A stretch of 64,000 nucleotides of DNA from Elusimicrobiaceae bacterium (GCA_045129775.1 JBGUOO010000041.1:1545-65544), one strand, 5' to 3'; counted from the stretch's first letter, positions 47,110 through 57,364 are shown. Made by a program: numbers and translations. The notes: a model not told the origin generated them from the letters alone.

Positions 47110-47523
47110 ATGAACGTAAAAAAACTAGACCCCCGCGCTAAACTCCCCTTACGTGCCCACCCGACGGATTCGGGCGCTGATTTATTTGCTTTAGAACGCA
47201 CCGTACTGCCGGGCCGCACCATTGTTAAAGTGCGCACCGGGGTGGCCGTGGAACTGCCGGAAAACACCTCGGGCATTATTTGGGGTAAAAGCTCGGTAGA
47301 AAGCAAAGGTATTAAAGCCATGGCGGGCCTGGTGGATGCGCCTTACCGCGGGGAACTACTCGTGTGTATGTATAATTTAAACGACAGCGAATTTGTATTT
47401 GAAGCCGGCCAAAAAGTGGCGCAACTGGTGGTCTTGCCTACCTTGTACCCGACGTTTGAAGAAGTGGAAGAACTCTCGGACACGGCGCGCGGCGACGGCG
47501 GTTTTGGTAGTACCGGCAAATAG
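47110..47523 (+). CDS. dut: dUTP diphosphatase
   Basis: DSGADL, KSSV, GLVDAPYRGE, RGDGGFGSTG. Confidence 0.96.
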   Translation: MNVKKLDPRAKLPLRAHPTDSGADLFALERTVLPGRTIVKVRTGVAVELPENTSGIIWGKSSVESKGIKAMAGLVDAPYRGELLVCMYNLNDSEFVFEAGQKVAQLVVLPTLYPTFEEVEELSDTARGDGGFGSTGK

Positions 47524-47592
47524 CTACTTACACGCATTAAATAAAATAGGGCCCCGACAAAGGCTCGTTTTACTAGCTATCAATTTCAAAAA

Positions 47593-48216
47593 TCAATTTA
47601 ATTTGTAATGCACCCAGTTTGAGTTTTCCCATGCCCAAGTTCCCCCCATACTTTGGCAAATTTCTTTTCCCAGTTTATTCTCCGGTTTTGAAGAACAGTA
47701 CCGGTCTCCTTTCTCATTATTAAAACCTGAATTCTCTTTTACAAAGTGCATATATGTAATTTGGCTCGTAGAATCAATAAACTGAACATTAGTAAAACCA
47801 TAATTAAGTACTATAGTGCCAAAATTACAAATATATTTTGCGGTACTTACATTTCCATCTTCTTCACATGATTCCAAAGAAGCAGAAACATCCAAAGAAT
47901 CAAAATCGGTTGCAAAAGTTCCGTTAGCCAAATAATAGGCCTGCTGAGCCTGATAAATACTTTCCACTAGCGAAATCCCTTGATGCAAACGCGCCTTTAA
48001 AACCGCTTTTTGGTACTGAGGCACGGCAATGGCCGCCAAAATACCAATAATCAGCACCACCACCAATAATTCAATGAGCGTGAAGGCGTTGTTGTGTAGG
48101 TTGGGCTTAGCCCAACAATAAACCGCCTCTTTGCCGGCTTGTTTATCAAAGGCCAAAAAGGCTCCTTTGGCGGGGCAACCCCGCCCTACATGGATTACAA
48201 CCTTGTTACTATTCAT
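47593..48216 (-). CDS. Type IV pilin (PilE-like), poly-T-promoter class, extended leader peptide
   Basis: A|FTLIELLVVVLIIGILAAIAVPQYQKAV; SD AGGAG; in-frame upstream ATG at 48240. Confidence 0.92.
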   Translation of the reverse strand: MNSNKVVIHVGRGCPAKGAFLAFDKQAGKEAVYCWAKPNLHNNAFTLIELLVVVLIIGILAAIAVPQYQKAVLKARLHQGISLVESIYQAQQAYYLANGTFATDFDSLDVSASLESCEEDGNVSTAKYICNFGTIVLNYGFTNVQFIDSTSQITYMHFVKENSGFNNEKGDRYCSSKPENKLGKEICQSMGGTWAWENSNWVHYKLN

Positions 48217-48246
48217 TTTATTTTCTCCTGTGAATGCCATAACAGG

Positions 48247-48273
48247 AGTGTACCAAAAAAAAAAAACAAGTCA
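48247..48273 (-). promoter_or_regulatory. Sigma70-type promoter with a T11 tract in the spacer
   Basis: TTGACT-TG(T11)GG-TACACT, 15-nt spacer. Confidence 0.75.
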
Positions 48274-48321
48274 AGTTTTTTTTAGTTACGACGAGAAATA
48301 ACAACAAATAAACAACGGCAA

Positions 48322-48376
48322 CCCCTCACCACGGTGCTGACGCACTCGTCCTCTCCCTCAAGGGGCGAGGGAAACA
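48322..48376. repeat. BoxC/REP-like palindromic element
   Basis: Near-identical to 9905-9953 and related to 5685-5742. Confidence 0.85.
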
Positions 48377-48439
48377 GCATACAACCTGTAGAGCTGCCCA
48401 CACTTCCCCAAACAACCGCGCAAGACTAAAAGTAAGCTG

Positions 48440-48827
48440 ATTTTTCAAATTCACATTTAGTTTGGCAAAGGGTTGGCAAGAAGCTCTCTTTGCCTTTGCG
48501 CCGCCGGACTTTTGCGCTTAGTACGCACTTTATTTTGTGCAGGCATAGTTACTATGCCAAACAAAAAAAGAAAGTAATAACCTAAAAGGACGCGGCCCGA
48601 AGGGTTTAGCCGTTTTTGAGTTCGGCTTTGTTAAAAAAGCTTGCCAATGACAGCATTGTCTGCACTTTTTTGCCGCGCCTCACCGTACAAAAACGGCTAA
48701 ACGCAAAGAGCAATTAGAACTTCTTGCCAACCCTCAGTTGGGCCGTAGCGTACGTCATTTCGCCCGCGCGTAGCGCGGCAAGTACGTAAGGCCCAAGTCA
48801 CCGCAAAATAAACTGAATTTGGAAAAT
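48440..48827. mobile_element. Nested MITE-like inverted-repeat element
   Basis: Outer imperfect IR related to 55463-55583; inner 264-bp unit 48470-48733 with perfect 14-bp TIR GGGTTGGCAAGAAG; further 14-bp IR 48604-48701. Confidence 0.65.
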
Positions 48828-48893
48828 TGTTGTCGGTGGAAAAAGTTACTTCGCGCCCGTTGTTTATTTTTGCTACAATGTGATAACCACTCT

Positions 48894-50033
48894 ATGAACC
48901 GCGATATTCTATCCCTTGATTTTTATGGCGAAGGCATTACCGCCGCGTTGGCCTCGTTGGATGAGGCCACCGACACGTTGCGTATCCGCCATATCGTGCG
49001 CCAACCGTGCAAAGCATTCACGGGCGCCTTCGTGCGCGATAAATTCGGCGCGCAAGAAGAGCTGGCTCACTTATTTAGCCAAATCAGCGCCTTTGTGTCG
49101 TCCACGCCGTCGGTTATAGTAGGGGTACGCGGTAGTTTTTTATCGTTCCAACACCGCACTGGGTTTGCTTATACATCGGCGCGTAGCCGTACCATCCGTG
49201 ACGAAAATATTGACGAAGCCATCCACGATTCGTTACCCGCCAATTTGGATGACTCCCTGGAAGTGCTGGATATTTTACCGCAATCTTACAGCATTGACGG
49301 CCAACACGGGGTTATTAACCCGAAGGGAATGTCGGGCTGTTGTTTGGGGGTAGAAACCTTTATTTCGTTGGGGGTAGCCACCCATTTAACCAATCTAAAA
49401 AACGTACTGGAAGCCTGCGGCTGTGAAGATTTTTTGTGGATGCCTACCTCGGTAGCACTGGGCGAAACGGCCCTTACCGCCGCCGAGCAAGCCGGCTCTT
49501 GCTTATTGGTGGACGTGGGCGAAAACAGCATTTCCGCCGCACTCTATCAGCGCGATTCCTTGTCGGAAGCGTGGGAAATACCCTTTGGGTTGGACCGGGT
49601 GGCCGACAGCGTGGCCGACCAACTCCAAAACGATTTCCAAACCGCCCGCAAATTGTTGCATGATTACGAGCCCGACCCGGTTATGGACGAGGTCATTGAA
49701 GATGCATCTGCCGGGTTGTTAACTGCGTTACATAAAGAGCTAATTCAATCATTAACCTATATTCAGCACCCCCCCACCCATGCGGTACTCTGTGGGCAAG
49801 GGGCTTGGCCGGTACTGCAAAAAGGGCTTAAAAACAAATTGGGGCTACGCAAAGTGCGCTTGTGCACATTTGATAAACTGATTGCCGATTGTGACCTTGA
49901 CCACCCGCAATACGACGGGGCTTTGGCCCTGTTGCAACACGCCTTAGTGCGCGAAGAAAGCCAGTTGGGTGTTACCCAAATTAAAGAAGAAGGGCTACTG
50001 GGTAAATTATTTACCAAACTGGGTTTTAATTGA
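48894..50033 (+). CDS. Divergent FtsA-like cell-division actin homologue
   Basis: SHS2-like insert (ILPQSYSIDGQHGVINPKGMSG), LLVDVGEN, IPFGLDRV; not in a dcw cluster. Confidence 0.75.
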   Translation: MNRDILSLDFYGEGITAALASLDEATDTLRIRHIVRQPCKAFTGAFVRDKFGAQEELAHLFSQISAFVSSTPSVIVGVRGSFLSFQHRTGFAYTSARSRTIRDENIDEAIHDSLPANLDDSLEVLDILPQSYSIDGQHGVINPKGMSGCCLGVETFISLGVATHLTNLKNVLEACGCEDFLWMPTSVALGETALTAAEQAGSCLLVDVGENSISAALYQRDSLSEAWEIPFGLDRVADSVADQLQNDFQTARKLLHDYEPDPVMDEVIEDASAGLLTALHKELIQSLTYIQHPPTHAVLCGQGAWPVLQKGLKNKLGLRKVRLCTFDKLIADCDLDHPQYDGALALLQHALVREESQLGVTQIKEEGLLGKLFTKLGFN

Positions 50034-50056
50034 TTGTACGACCTGCATTTTCCACC

Positions 50057-50085
50057 AAAAAGCCGCCCCCTTAGGGCGGCTTTTT
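50057..50085 (+). terminator. Terminator after the ftsA-like gene
   Basis: AAAAAGCCGCCC / GGGCGGCTTTTT. Confidence 0.85.
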
Positions 50086-50199
50086 AAATTAGACAGTTAC
50101 TTTACTATAACTTTTTTCCGGTTTTAAAAACAGGGTCTTGAGGCCTAGCCCCTGGCAACCAAAAGACCTAAAAAACCCCGCTTAAAGCGGGGTGTTAAA

Positions 50200-52032
50200 T
50201 TACTCTTCTTCTTCGGCACGTTCGGTACGCTTGCGTACCAGGTGCGATAAGATTTTTTTGCGAAGCCGCAGTGACTTAGGCGTAATTTCCACCAATTCAT
50301 CCGGTGCAATGTACTCCACCGCTTGCTCTAAACTCATTTGGCGCGGTGGCGTAAGCACGTAAGACTCGTCGCTGGCTTTACTGCGCATATTGCTTAAATG
50401 TTTGGCCTTACAGGGGTTGACCACCAAGTCATTGGCGCGGGAATTTTGCCCCACAATTTGCCCGGCATACACTTTTTCGCCGGGGCCTAAAAACAGCTCG
50501 CCGTTATTTTCAAGCGCATAGAGGGCATACGGCGTGGTTTCGCCGTCCTCCTTGGCAATCAGCACGCCGTTGTGGCGCAAGTCCGGCAAGTCCGCCTTGG
50601 GGTAATAGCCTTTAAAACTGTGGTGCATAATGCCCGTACCGCGTGTGCTGGTCAAAAGTTCATTTTTAAAACCGATTAAAGCGCGCGACGGAATTAAATA
50701 TTCCAGACGTAAGCGGTCCTCGCCTTCGGTGACCATATTTTCCAGTTGCGCGGCGCGCGTACCCAAAATGGTAAACACCGCACCCTGGTATTCGCTCTTA
50801 ATATCCAAGATTAAAGATTCCATCGGCTCTAAGAGTTTACCATTTTCTTCCTTATAAATAACTTCAGGGGAAGAAACGGCCAGCTCAAAGCCTTCGCGGC
50901 GCATATTTTCAATTAAAATCGTCAAGTGCAATTCGCCGCGGCCATATACTTTAAATTTGCCTTCGCCTTCCAGTTGTTCTACTTTAAGGCCCACATTGGT
51001 TTGGGCTTCTTTTTCCAAGCGGTTTTTAAGGTGACGGCTGGTGACAAATTTACCTTCGCGGCCGGAGAACGGGCTGTCGTTGACGAGAAAATCCATAGAC
51101 ATCGTTGGCGCATCAATGGTCAAAGGCGGCAACGGTTTTAAAGCGTCCGGGCGGCAAATCGTGTCGCCCACATCCACGCCTTCCAACCCGGCAATGGAAA
51201 CAATATCCCCCGCCGTGGCACTGTCCACTTCCACTTTACCCAGCCCCAAAAAGCGCTCAATTTTAGCGGCTTTGGCTTGGGTTGTTGTACCGTCGGGGTG
51301 AATTAAAGCCACCGTTTGACCTTTAGTAATGTTGCCAGCCAAAATGCGGCCAATACCCACATGGCCTAAAAAATTGTTGTAGTCCAGCATGGTTACTTGC
51401 ATTTGCAAGGGAGCGTCCGGCTCGGCCTGCGGCGCGGGCACGTGCGATAAAACCGTATCCAAAATCGGCGCGATATCTTTGCCTTGCTCTTCCATTTTGT
51501 AGCTGGCCCACCCGGCGCGGCCCGAGGCATAAATAATCGGGAAATCTAACTGTTCATCCGTCGCGCCCAATTCCATAAACAAGTTAAATACTTCGTCAAT
51601 CACTTCGCTGGGGCGGATATGTTCACGGTCCATTTTATTGATAACGACAATGGGTTTTAACCCTAGCGCCAACGCTTTACGCAACACAAAGCGGGTTTGC
51701 GGCATAGGTCCTTCCACGGCGTCCACCATTAGAATAGCACCGTCCACCATTTTGAGTACGCGCTCTACCTCGCTACCGAAATCGGCGTGGCCGGGGGTAT
51801 CTACAATGTTAATGGTGTGGCCTTTGTAGCCAATAGAGGTACACTTGGCTAAAATAGTAATGCCGCGTTCACGCTCCAAGGGGTTAGAATCCAGCACTGT
51901 ATCTTGGGCTTGGTCTTCTTTTACTTTAAATTCGCCTGCAAATTTTAAGAGGGAATCAACCACAGTAGTCTTGCCGTGGTCCACGTGGGCGATAATAGCC
52001 ACGTTGCGTACGTCTTGGCGGGTGTTATTCAT
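50200..52032 (-). CDS. typA: Translational GTPase TypA/BipA
   Basis: RNVAIIAHVDHGKTT, ERERGITI, DTPGHADFGSEVER, GRGELHL, YIAPDELVEITP. Confidence 0.97.
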   Translation of the reverse strand: MNNTRQDVRNVAIIAHVDHGKTTVVDSLLKFAGEFKVKEDQAQDTVLDSNPLERERGITILAKCTSIGYKGHTINIVDTPGHADFGSEVERVLKMVDGAILMVDAVEGPMPQTRFVLRKALALGLKPIVVINKMDREHIRPSEVIDEVFNLFMELGATDEQLDFPIIYASGRAGWASYKMEEQGKDIAPILDTVLSHVPAPQAEPDAPLQMQVTMLDYNNFLGHVGIGRILAGNITKGQTVALIHPDGTTTQAKAAKIERFLGLGKVEVDSATAGDIVSIAGLEGVDVGDTICRPDALKPLPPLTIDAPTMSMDFLVNDSPFSGREGKFVTSRHLKNRLEKEAQTNVGLKVEQLEGEGKFKVYGRGELHLTILIENMRREGFELAVSSPEVIYKEENGKLLEPMESLILDIKSEYQGAVFTILGTRAAQLENMVTEGEDRLRLEYLIPSRALIGFKNELLTSTRGTGIMHHSFKGYYPKADLPDLRHNGVLIAKEDGETTPYALYALENNGELFLGPGEKVYAGQIVGQNSRANDLVVNPCKAKHLSNMRSKASDESYVLTPPRQMSLEQAVEYIAPDELVEITPKSLRLRKKILSHLVRKRTERAEEEE

Positions 52033-52150
52033 AGTTTGTTACGGTGTCCTAAAATAAAGATAATATATATTTTACTAAATTATAACGTCGGGCGCTTGCT
52101 ACCTATCAACAGACCCAAAAATTCCCCCGGGTGTTTAGCCGGGGAATCTA

Positions 52151-53503
52151 TTAAAAATAGCGTTGTGGCTTAACTCCTAATACTTGCAATGCTTTTTGGG
52201 GTAAAATTTGATATTTTTGCCAAATCCACAAAAGCACTTCTAACTGTTCAGGATAACCTAAATCCGCAAAATCGACCCATTGCCGTTGGGAATTTTGGAA
52301 CCCGACAGTCAGCGGATAGGTAGCGGGATCTGCCAATATTTTGCCAAAATATTCTTCTTTATCCATCCCTACATGGCTAAACGGGGCACGTTTCTGCTCG
52401 GCAATCCATTTTTCCAAAGCCTTGTCATAATGAGCGGAAAAACCCACTGCCGTTGCATCTGCCACTTGCGGCAAATTTGGTGCTGAAAACAAAATAGCTT
52501 CTTTTTCCAACGGGGATAAAACATTATACACCTTATAAAAAGCATGCCCGAATGTTTTTTCCCAGTAGTCAGCCAAAGCATATTCAAAAGGATGTTCCTC
52601 TACCCAAAGACGTTGGTGTTGCACAAACTGCGCACGGGTCCATACCGGGAAATTTGGCTGGTGGATTCCATCTTGAATATGGGAATGGGGCAACCCTTCA
52701 AACAACGGGTCTGCCCGGCGCATGGCATAATAGGTGGTTACTTGATCAACTATTTGCTCCATGCCGGCAATTTTCCACGGATTCTTTTCCATGGGCACTT
52801 TATAAGCAGCGATGGCAAAAGCCAATTCTTCCCCGATGCTTACTTCATCATCCGTATATTTCCCTTCTTCGCTAATATAAGCACGGCTGGGAATCAAGCC
52901 GTAGGCTATCATATCTTGCACAATGGATAAAATTTCGTGCGGTGTACGCGCCTGGGAAGCGGCCCGTAAACGGATAATTTCCTGTTGTATGTAAATCACT
53001 TCCACAGACGGGTTTTCCGCTTCCATAAAATTAGAAATCCGTTTAAGGATGTTGGCCTCTTGGGAATGGGGCTCATACACAGGCCACACATTTTGGTGCG
53101 TCTTTAAATATTGCACAATAAATTGGGTCTGCCATTGGGCTTGGGTACGTAATTGTTCGTGGGATAACGAAGTTTTATGCCATACTTCTCCCAATTTTGG
53201 CGCCGCGATTTCCTGCGCTACAGCTGCTTGGCGTTGGGCCTGGGCGGCTTTAATCGCTTGGCGTTCAAGGCCCATATTGATTCCGTCTAACACCGCATTT
53301 TGAAAATTGCTTTGCCGTATTTCCGTCAGTTCATTTACTTGGGCATATTTGGACGGCACCCTGGTTATATTTTGTAAGGTTTTACGTACATTCTGCTTAG
53401 GATTTAAGTATTTAATAATAACGGTTTTATTTTGGGCAAACGCCACCGGGGCCAACATACACACGCACGCCAACACCGCACTACTTTTACAAATAACAGA
53501 CAT
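52151..53503 (-). CDS. Hypothetical secreted protein
   Basis: Signal peptide ending APVAFA; 450 aa; no recognised domain. Confidence 0.8.
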   Translation of the reverse strand: MSVICKSSAVLACVCMLAPVAFAQNKTVIIKYLNPKQNVRKTLQNITRVPSKYAQVNELTEIRQSNFQNAVLDGINMGLERQAIKAAQAQRQAAVAQEIAAPKLGEVWHKTSLSHEQLRTQAQWQTQFIVQYLKTHQNVWPVYEPHSQEANILKRISNFMEAENPSVEVIYIQQEIIRLRAASQARTPHEILSIVQDMIAYGLIPSRAYISEEGKYTDDEVSIGEELAFAIAAYKVPMEKNPWKIAGMEQIVDQVTTYYAMRRADPLFEGLPHSHIQDGIHQPNFPVWTRAQFVQHQRLWVEEHPFEYALADYWEKTFGHAFYKVYNVLSPLEKEAILFSAPNLPQVADATAVGFSAHYDKALEKWIAEQKRAPFSHVGMDKEEYFGKILADPATYPLTVGFQNSQRQWVDFADLGYPEQLEVLLWIWQKYQILPQKALQVLGVKPQRYF

Positions 53504-53527
53504 TTCTTTCTCCTTCTTTATTTCAAC

Positions 53528-54223
53528 TTAATCTTGCACCGGGGAATGCTGTTTCATCCACGCTTCCCCGATACTTTGTCCTACTGAAATAAACTTTGTA
53601 TTTTTTAAATCGAGTAACAGCACATCATGTTCGTGCTCCTCGGTTTTATGGACGGTAATTACAAAAAAACCGCTCTTTTTTTGACGGGCTTGCGCCAGGG
53701 CTTGCTTTAACGCGCCCAAAGCGGCCCATGAGTTGTTTTCTTTCTGTAGCAATTCCAGTACTTCGCGGTAAGAGGTTACAAACGCTCCGTCAAACCGGGT
53801 TTCTTCGCCATAGGCGGCTTCTAAAATTACTTCTAGGTGGCGCAGATTGATCTGCGTTTTTTCTTTGGCTTGTTCCCAGGCTTTTTCAAAATCCATATAA
53901 TACGCCGGGAACGGAATTCTAACGAATTGATTTTCAACCAACCGCTCCAACATAGCCGGGGATAAATGCTTTTGGCTGATTTCATACGCTTTGTATTTAA
54001 ATTTATCTTTGGTTGTTAAAGGCACTCTCCCCACTGAGGAGCGCATCCCCGCACTTAACGCTTCCTGCCCCACCCGTAAATTAGGTACCATATAGGCTTG
54101 CCCGCCGGCGCGCAAACGGCTGATAAACCCATCGGGCTTGATACTCAAACGTTGAGCCCAAACCGGGCCGGTAATTCCAACTAAAAGCAACACAAAAACC
54201 GTTATTTTTTTGGATAAACGCAT
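53528..54223 (-). CDS. Hypothetical secreted protein
   Basis: Signal peptide MRLSKKITVFVLLLVGITGPVWA; start placed at ATG 54223. Confidence 0.78.
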   Translation of the reverse strand: MRLSKKITVFVLLLVGITGPVWAQRLSIKPDGFISRLRAGGQAYMVPNLRVGQEALSAGMRSSVGRVPLTTKDKFKYKAYEISQKHLSPAMLERLVENQFVRIPFPAYYMDFEKAWEQAKEKTQINLRHLEVILEAAYGEETRFDGAFVTSYREVLELLQKENNSWAALGALKQALAQARQKKSGFFVITVHKTEEHEHDVLLLDLKNTKFISVGQSIGEAWMKQHSPVQD

Positions 54224-54418
54224 GTTTTGGCTCCTTACTTTTTCCGTCGGACAAAAACTACTTGTTATATTATACAAAATCTCGTCGGTAGTCCGGCAAG
54301 GGCCAAAGGACCCAATTAGTTTATAGGCCCGCACAAAACCGCTTGTATTGGGGTACCATAACACCTTATCAAGAAATTATGTTAAAATAGAAAAGAAGTA
54401 AAGAAATAAAAATTTAAT

Positions 54419-54664
54419 CTGTTTTTGGAACTATATGTAGAATATAGAGCGCTTTGGAAGAAACCAAGCACAAAGAAAGTCCAAAAATAGTCGTTAAAAG
54501 GCACGAACGGGTCTCGAGCCCCGCTCGTGCCGAATGTTTCCCTTTTTGCCTAGGCAAAAAGGGAGATTACGGCTGTTTTGCGGGGTTACTTTCTTTGGCT
54601 CTGTATTCCAGCCGTTTTGCATATACTCCAAAAGCAGATATGAAGGAGAAAAGTATATGCAAAA
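54419..54664 (+). ncRNA. Structured pilin leader, copy E
   Basis: P1 54419-54428/54481-54490; P2 with two compensated pairs CTATA/TATAG; terminator 54569-54618; 12-bp start-codon hairpin 54615-54626/54653-54664. Confidence 0.85.
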
Positions 54665-55355
54665 CAAAAATCAAAAGTTGTTTCCTGTCCCCCTTGCAGG
54701 ATGCTTAGCGCACAATGTCGCTTTTACCTCGCCCCTTGTGGGAGAGGATGCCCGCAGGGCAGGTGAGGGGTTAGCCGTTATAGGTCAGACACTTCCTAAC
54801 AGTGTCCCGGTTAAGGGGCATACAGCCGCATTCACCTTAATTGAGCTCTTAGTGGTTGTGCTTATTATCGGCATATTAACGGCGGTAGCCGTCCCGCAAT
54901 ACCAAAAAGCCGTCTGGAAAAGCCGCTATGCCACTATCAAAAATCTAACCAAAAGTTTAGCTGATGCCGAGGGAGTATATTATTTGGCTAATGGGAGCTA
55001 TACCCTCGATATCAGCAAGCTAGACCTAAATATGCCGACGCCTACTTCTTCGGATTCAAATGATCGGTATAGTGTCTTTTATTACCCTTGGGGATTTTGT
55101 GCATTAGAAATAGTAGAAAATACAACAGCAGATGTTCAATGTATATTAAAAGATGAACATCTTTCAACAGATTATTATGACCAACGGTTCCTTGGTTATT
55201 TTACCTATTTTAGCCATTCCAACCGTCTCCCCGGGCAAACTACTTGTGTGTCGTATGGACCGCATACCGCTCTACCTTATATGATTTGTAAAAGTGAAAC
55301 CGGACTATCCGAACCTTCTTACACGCATACCAATTACCTACGTTGGTATTATTAG
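54657..55355 (+). CDS. Type IV pilin (PilE-like) with a palindromic insertion in the leader peptide
   Basis: A|FTLIELLVVVLIIGILTAVAVPQYQKAV; SD AAGGAG before ATG 54657. Confidence 0.92.
   Translation: MQNKNQKLFPVPLAGCLAHNVAFTSPLVGEDARRAGEGLAVIGQTLPNSVPVKGHTAAFTLIELLVVVLIIGILTAVAVPQYQKAVWKSRYATIKNLTKSLADAEGVYYLANGSYTLDISKLDLNMPTPTSSDSNDRYSVFYYPWGFCALEIVENTTADVQCILKDEHLSTDYYDQRFLGYFTYFSHSNRLPGQTTCVSYGPHTALPYMICKSETGLSEPSYTHTNYLRWYY
54727..54770. repeat. BoxC/REP-like palindrome (inverted), in-frame in the prepilin leader
   Basis: Reverse complement CCCCTCACC...CCTCTCCCACAAGGGGCGAGG shares both ends with 9905-9953; encodes SPLVGEDARRAGEG. Confidence 0.8.
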
Positions 55356-55462
55356 TAAAAACTTGAAAAAGCCCGCAAGAGAAATTCTCTTACGGGCTTT
55401 TAAAGTGCGGGCAAGTTGTTTTGCCGTTCACAACATCACCGGGTAAAATAGCCAGTACCCTG

Positions 55463-55583
55463 ATTTGTCAAAATCAAACCAGTTTGCGGCGTAAGTTGAG
55501 CGTGGCGTACGTCCTGCGGACGGCGCGTAGCGCCGCAGGTACGCAAGCGAAAGTCGACGCAAAATGGAAAGATTTTGGCAAAT
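55463..55583. mobile_element. MITE/REP-like long hairpin element
   Basis: Imperfect IR ATTTGTCAAAATC / GATTTTGGCAAAT with inner GCGTAC..GTACGC and GGCGC-GTA-GCGCC; homologous to the outer element at 48440-48827. Confidence 0.6.
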
Positions 55584-55648
55584 GGTTGGTCCACGAAAAA
55601 CCCACCCTTAAAAGGGTGGGTTAAAACATAACATCACAGGGGTCGTTT

Positions 55649-56644
55649 TTATTTAGCCTCAGCTACGGCTACTGCAACTGCCACCGTCGCCCCCACCATC
55701 GGGTTATTCCCCATCCCAATTAAACCCATCATTTCCACGTGGGCCGGAACGGAGGAAGATCCCGCAAACTGGGCATCGCTATGCATGCGGCCCATGGTGT
55801 CGGTCATCCCGTACGAAGCGGGACCCGCGGCCATATTGTCCGGGTGCAAGGTGCGCCCCGTACCGCCGCCGGAAGCTACGGAGAAATATTTTTTGCCGTT
55901 TTCGGTCGCCCATTTTTTATAGGTACCGGCTACCGGGTGCTGAAAGCGCGTCGGGTTGGTGGAGTTACCGGTAATGGACACGTCCACCCCTTCGTGGCGC
56001 ATAATGGCTACGCCTTCGTTCACGTCGTCGGCACCGTAGCATTTTACTTTGGCGCGGTCGCCGTTAGAGAAGGCTTTTTCGCTCACAATGTTGAGCTTGC
56101 CGGTTTTGTAGTCATAGGCAGTTTCTACCGACGTAAAACCGTTAATGCGCGAAATGATATACGCCGCATCTTTACCTAAACCGTTTAAAATCACGCGCAA
56201 GGGTTCTTTGCGCACTTTGTTGGCGGTGCGGGCAATACCAATGGCACCTTCGGCGGCGGCAAAACTTTCATGCCCGGCCAAAAAGCAGAAACATTTGGTA
56301 TTTTCGGACAAGAGCATAGCGCCCAAGTTCCCGTGGCCAAGGCCCACGGCACGTTGGTCGGCTACCGAGCCAGGAATGCAGAAGCTTTGCAAACCGATAC
56401 CGATTTTTTCAGCCGCTTCGGCGGCAGATTTTACACCGGTTTTAAACGCAATGGCGGCACCAACGGTGTAAGCCCACACGGCGTTTTCAAAAGCAATGGG
56501 TTGGATGCCTTTTACAATGGCTTCCACGTCCACACCCTTTTTGGTGCAGATTTCTTTGGCTTCTTCCAAAGAGCCAATGCCGTATTCTTTTAACGTGGCA
56601 TTGATTTTTTCAATTCTTCTTTCGTATCCTTCAAACGTTACCAT
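55649..56644 (-). CDS. GGGtGRT protein (function unknown)
   Basis: Signature SGGGTGRTLHPD; AFENAVWAY; GHESFAAAEGAIGIA. Confidence 0.93.
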   Translation of the reverse strand: MVTFEGYERRIEKINATLKEYGIGSLEEAKEICTKKGVDVEAIVKGIQPIAFENAVWAYTVGAAIAFKTGVKSAAEAAEKIGIGLQSFCIPGSVADQRAVGLGHGNLGAMLLSENTKCFCFLAGHESFAAAEGAIGIARTANKVRKEPLRVILNGLGKDAAYIISRINGFTSVETAYDYKTGKLNIVSEKAFSNGDRAKVKCYGADDVNEGVAIMRHEGVDVSITGNSTNPTRFQHPVAGTYKKWATENGKKYFSVASGGGTGRTLHPDNMAAGPASYGMTDTMGRMHSDAQFAGSSSVPAHVEMMGLIGMGNNPMVGATVAVAVAVAEAK

Positions 56645-56662
56645 AAAATTTTTCTCCTTGGG

Positions 56663-57364
56663 TTACTCTTTACGGGGGTCAATTACTTTGACGGCTTCGT
56701 CAAAGCGGCCGTATTTGTTGACGTTTTTCTCAAACGCGGTTTTGGGGTCTTCGCCTTTTTTAATAGCGTCCATCATTTTGCCTAAGTTGACAAACTGATA
56801 ACCAATAATTTCGTTGTTTTTATCTAAACCGATTTTGAGTACATACCCTTCGGCCATTTCCAAATAGCGCGCACCTTTGGCTTCGGTACCGTACATGGTA
56901 CCTACTTGGCTGCGGTGGCCTTTGCCCAGGTCCTCCATGCCGGCGCCAATCGGCAGCCCGTCGTCGGAGAAAGCACTCTGCGTGCGGCCATAGACAATTT
57001 GCAAGAAAAGCTCGCGCATGGCGGTGTTAATCGCGTCGCAAACGAGGTCGGAATTTAAAGCCTCTAAAATGGTTTTGCCGGGCAAAATTTCGGCGGCCAT
57101 GGCGGCGGAATGGGTCATGCCCGAGCATCCCAACGTTTCCACCAGGGCTTCTTTAATCACGCCGTTTTTGACGTTTAAGGTCAGTTTGCACGCACCTTGT
57201 TGGGGGGCGCACCAGCCTACGCCGTGCGTAAGGCCGCTAATATCGGTAATTTGTTTGGCTTTGACCCATTTCCCTTCTTCGGGGATAGGGGCCGGCTCAT
57301 GCTTAGCGCCTTTGCAGACGCAGCACATGGCTTGTACTTCGGGGGTGCATTTTTCGCAACTCAT
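56663..57364 (-). CDS. NifU/IscU-like Fe-S scaffold protein (usual partner of GGGtGRT)
   Basis: GWCAPQQGACKLTL, ETLGCSGMTHS, LVCDAINTA; SD AGGAG. Confidence 0.88.
   Translation of the reverse strand: MSCEKCTPEVQAMCCVCKGAKHEPAPIPEEGKWVKAKQITDISGLTHGVGWCAPQQGACKLTLNVKNGVIKEALVETLGCSGMTHSAAMAAEILPGKTILEALNSDLVCDAINTAMRELFLQIVYGRTQSAFSDDGLPIGAGMEDLGKGHRSQVGTMYGTEAKGARYLEMAEGYVLKIGLDKNNEIIGYQFVNLGKMMDAIKKGEDPKTAFEKNVNKYGRFDEAVKVIDPRKE

Noticed and set aside
54361-54388. dif/pdif site (TTATGTTAAAA resembles the XerD arm)
   Set aside because: The XerC arm does not match, and the equivalent positions before leaders B and D read as extended -10 promoters.
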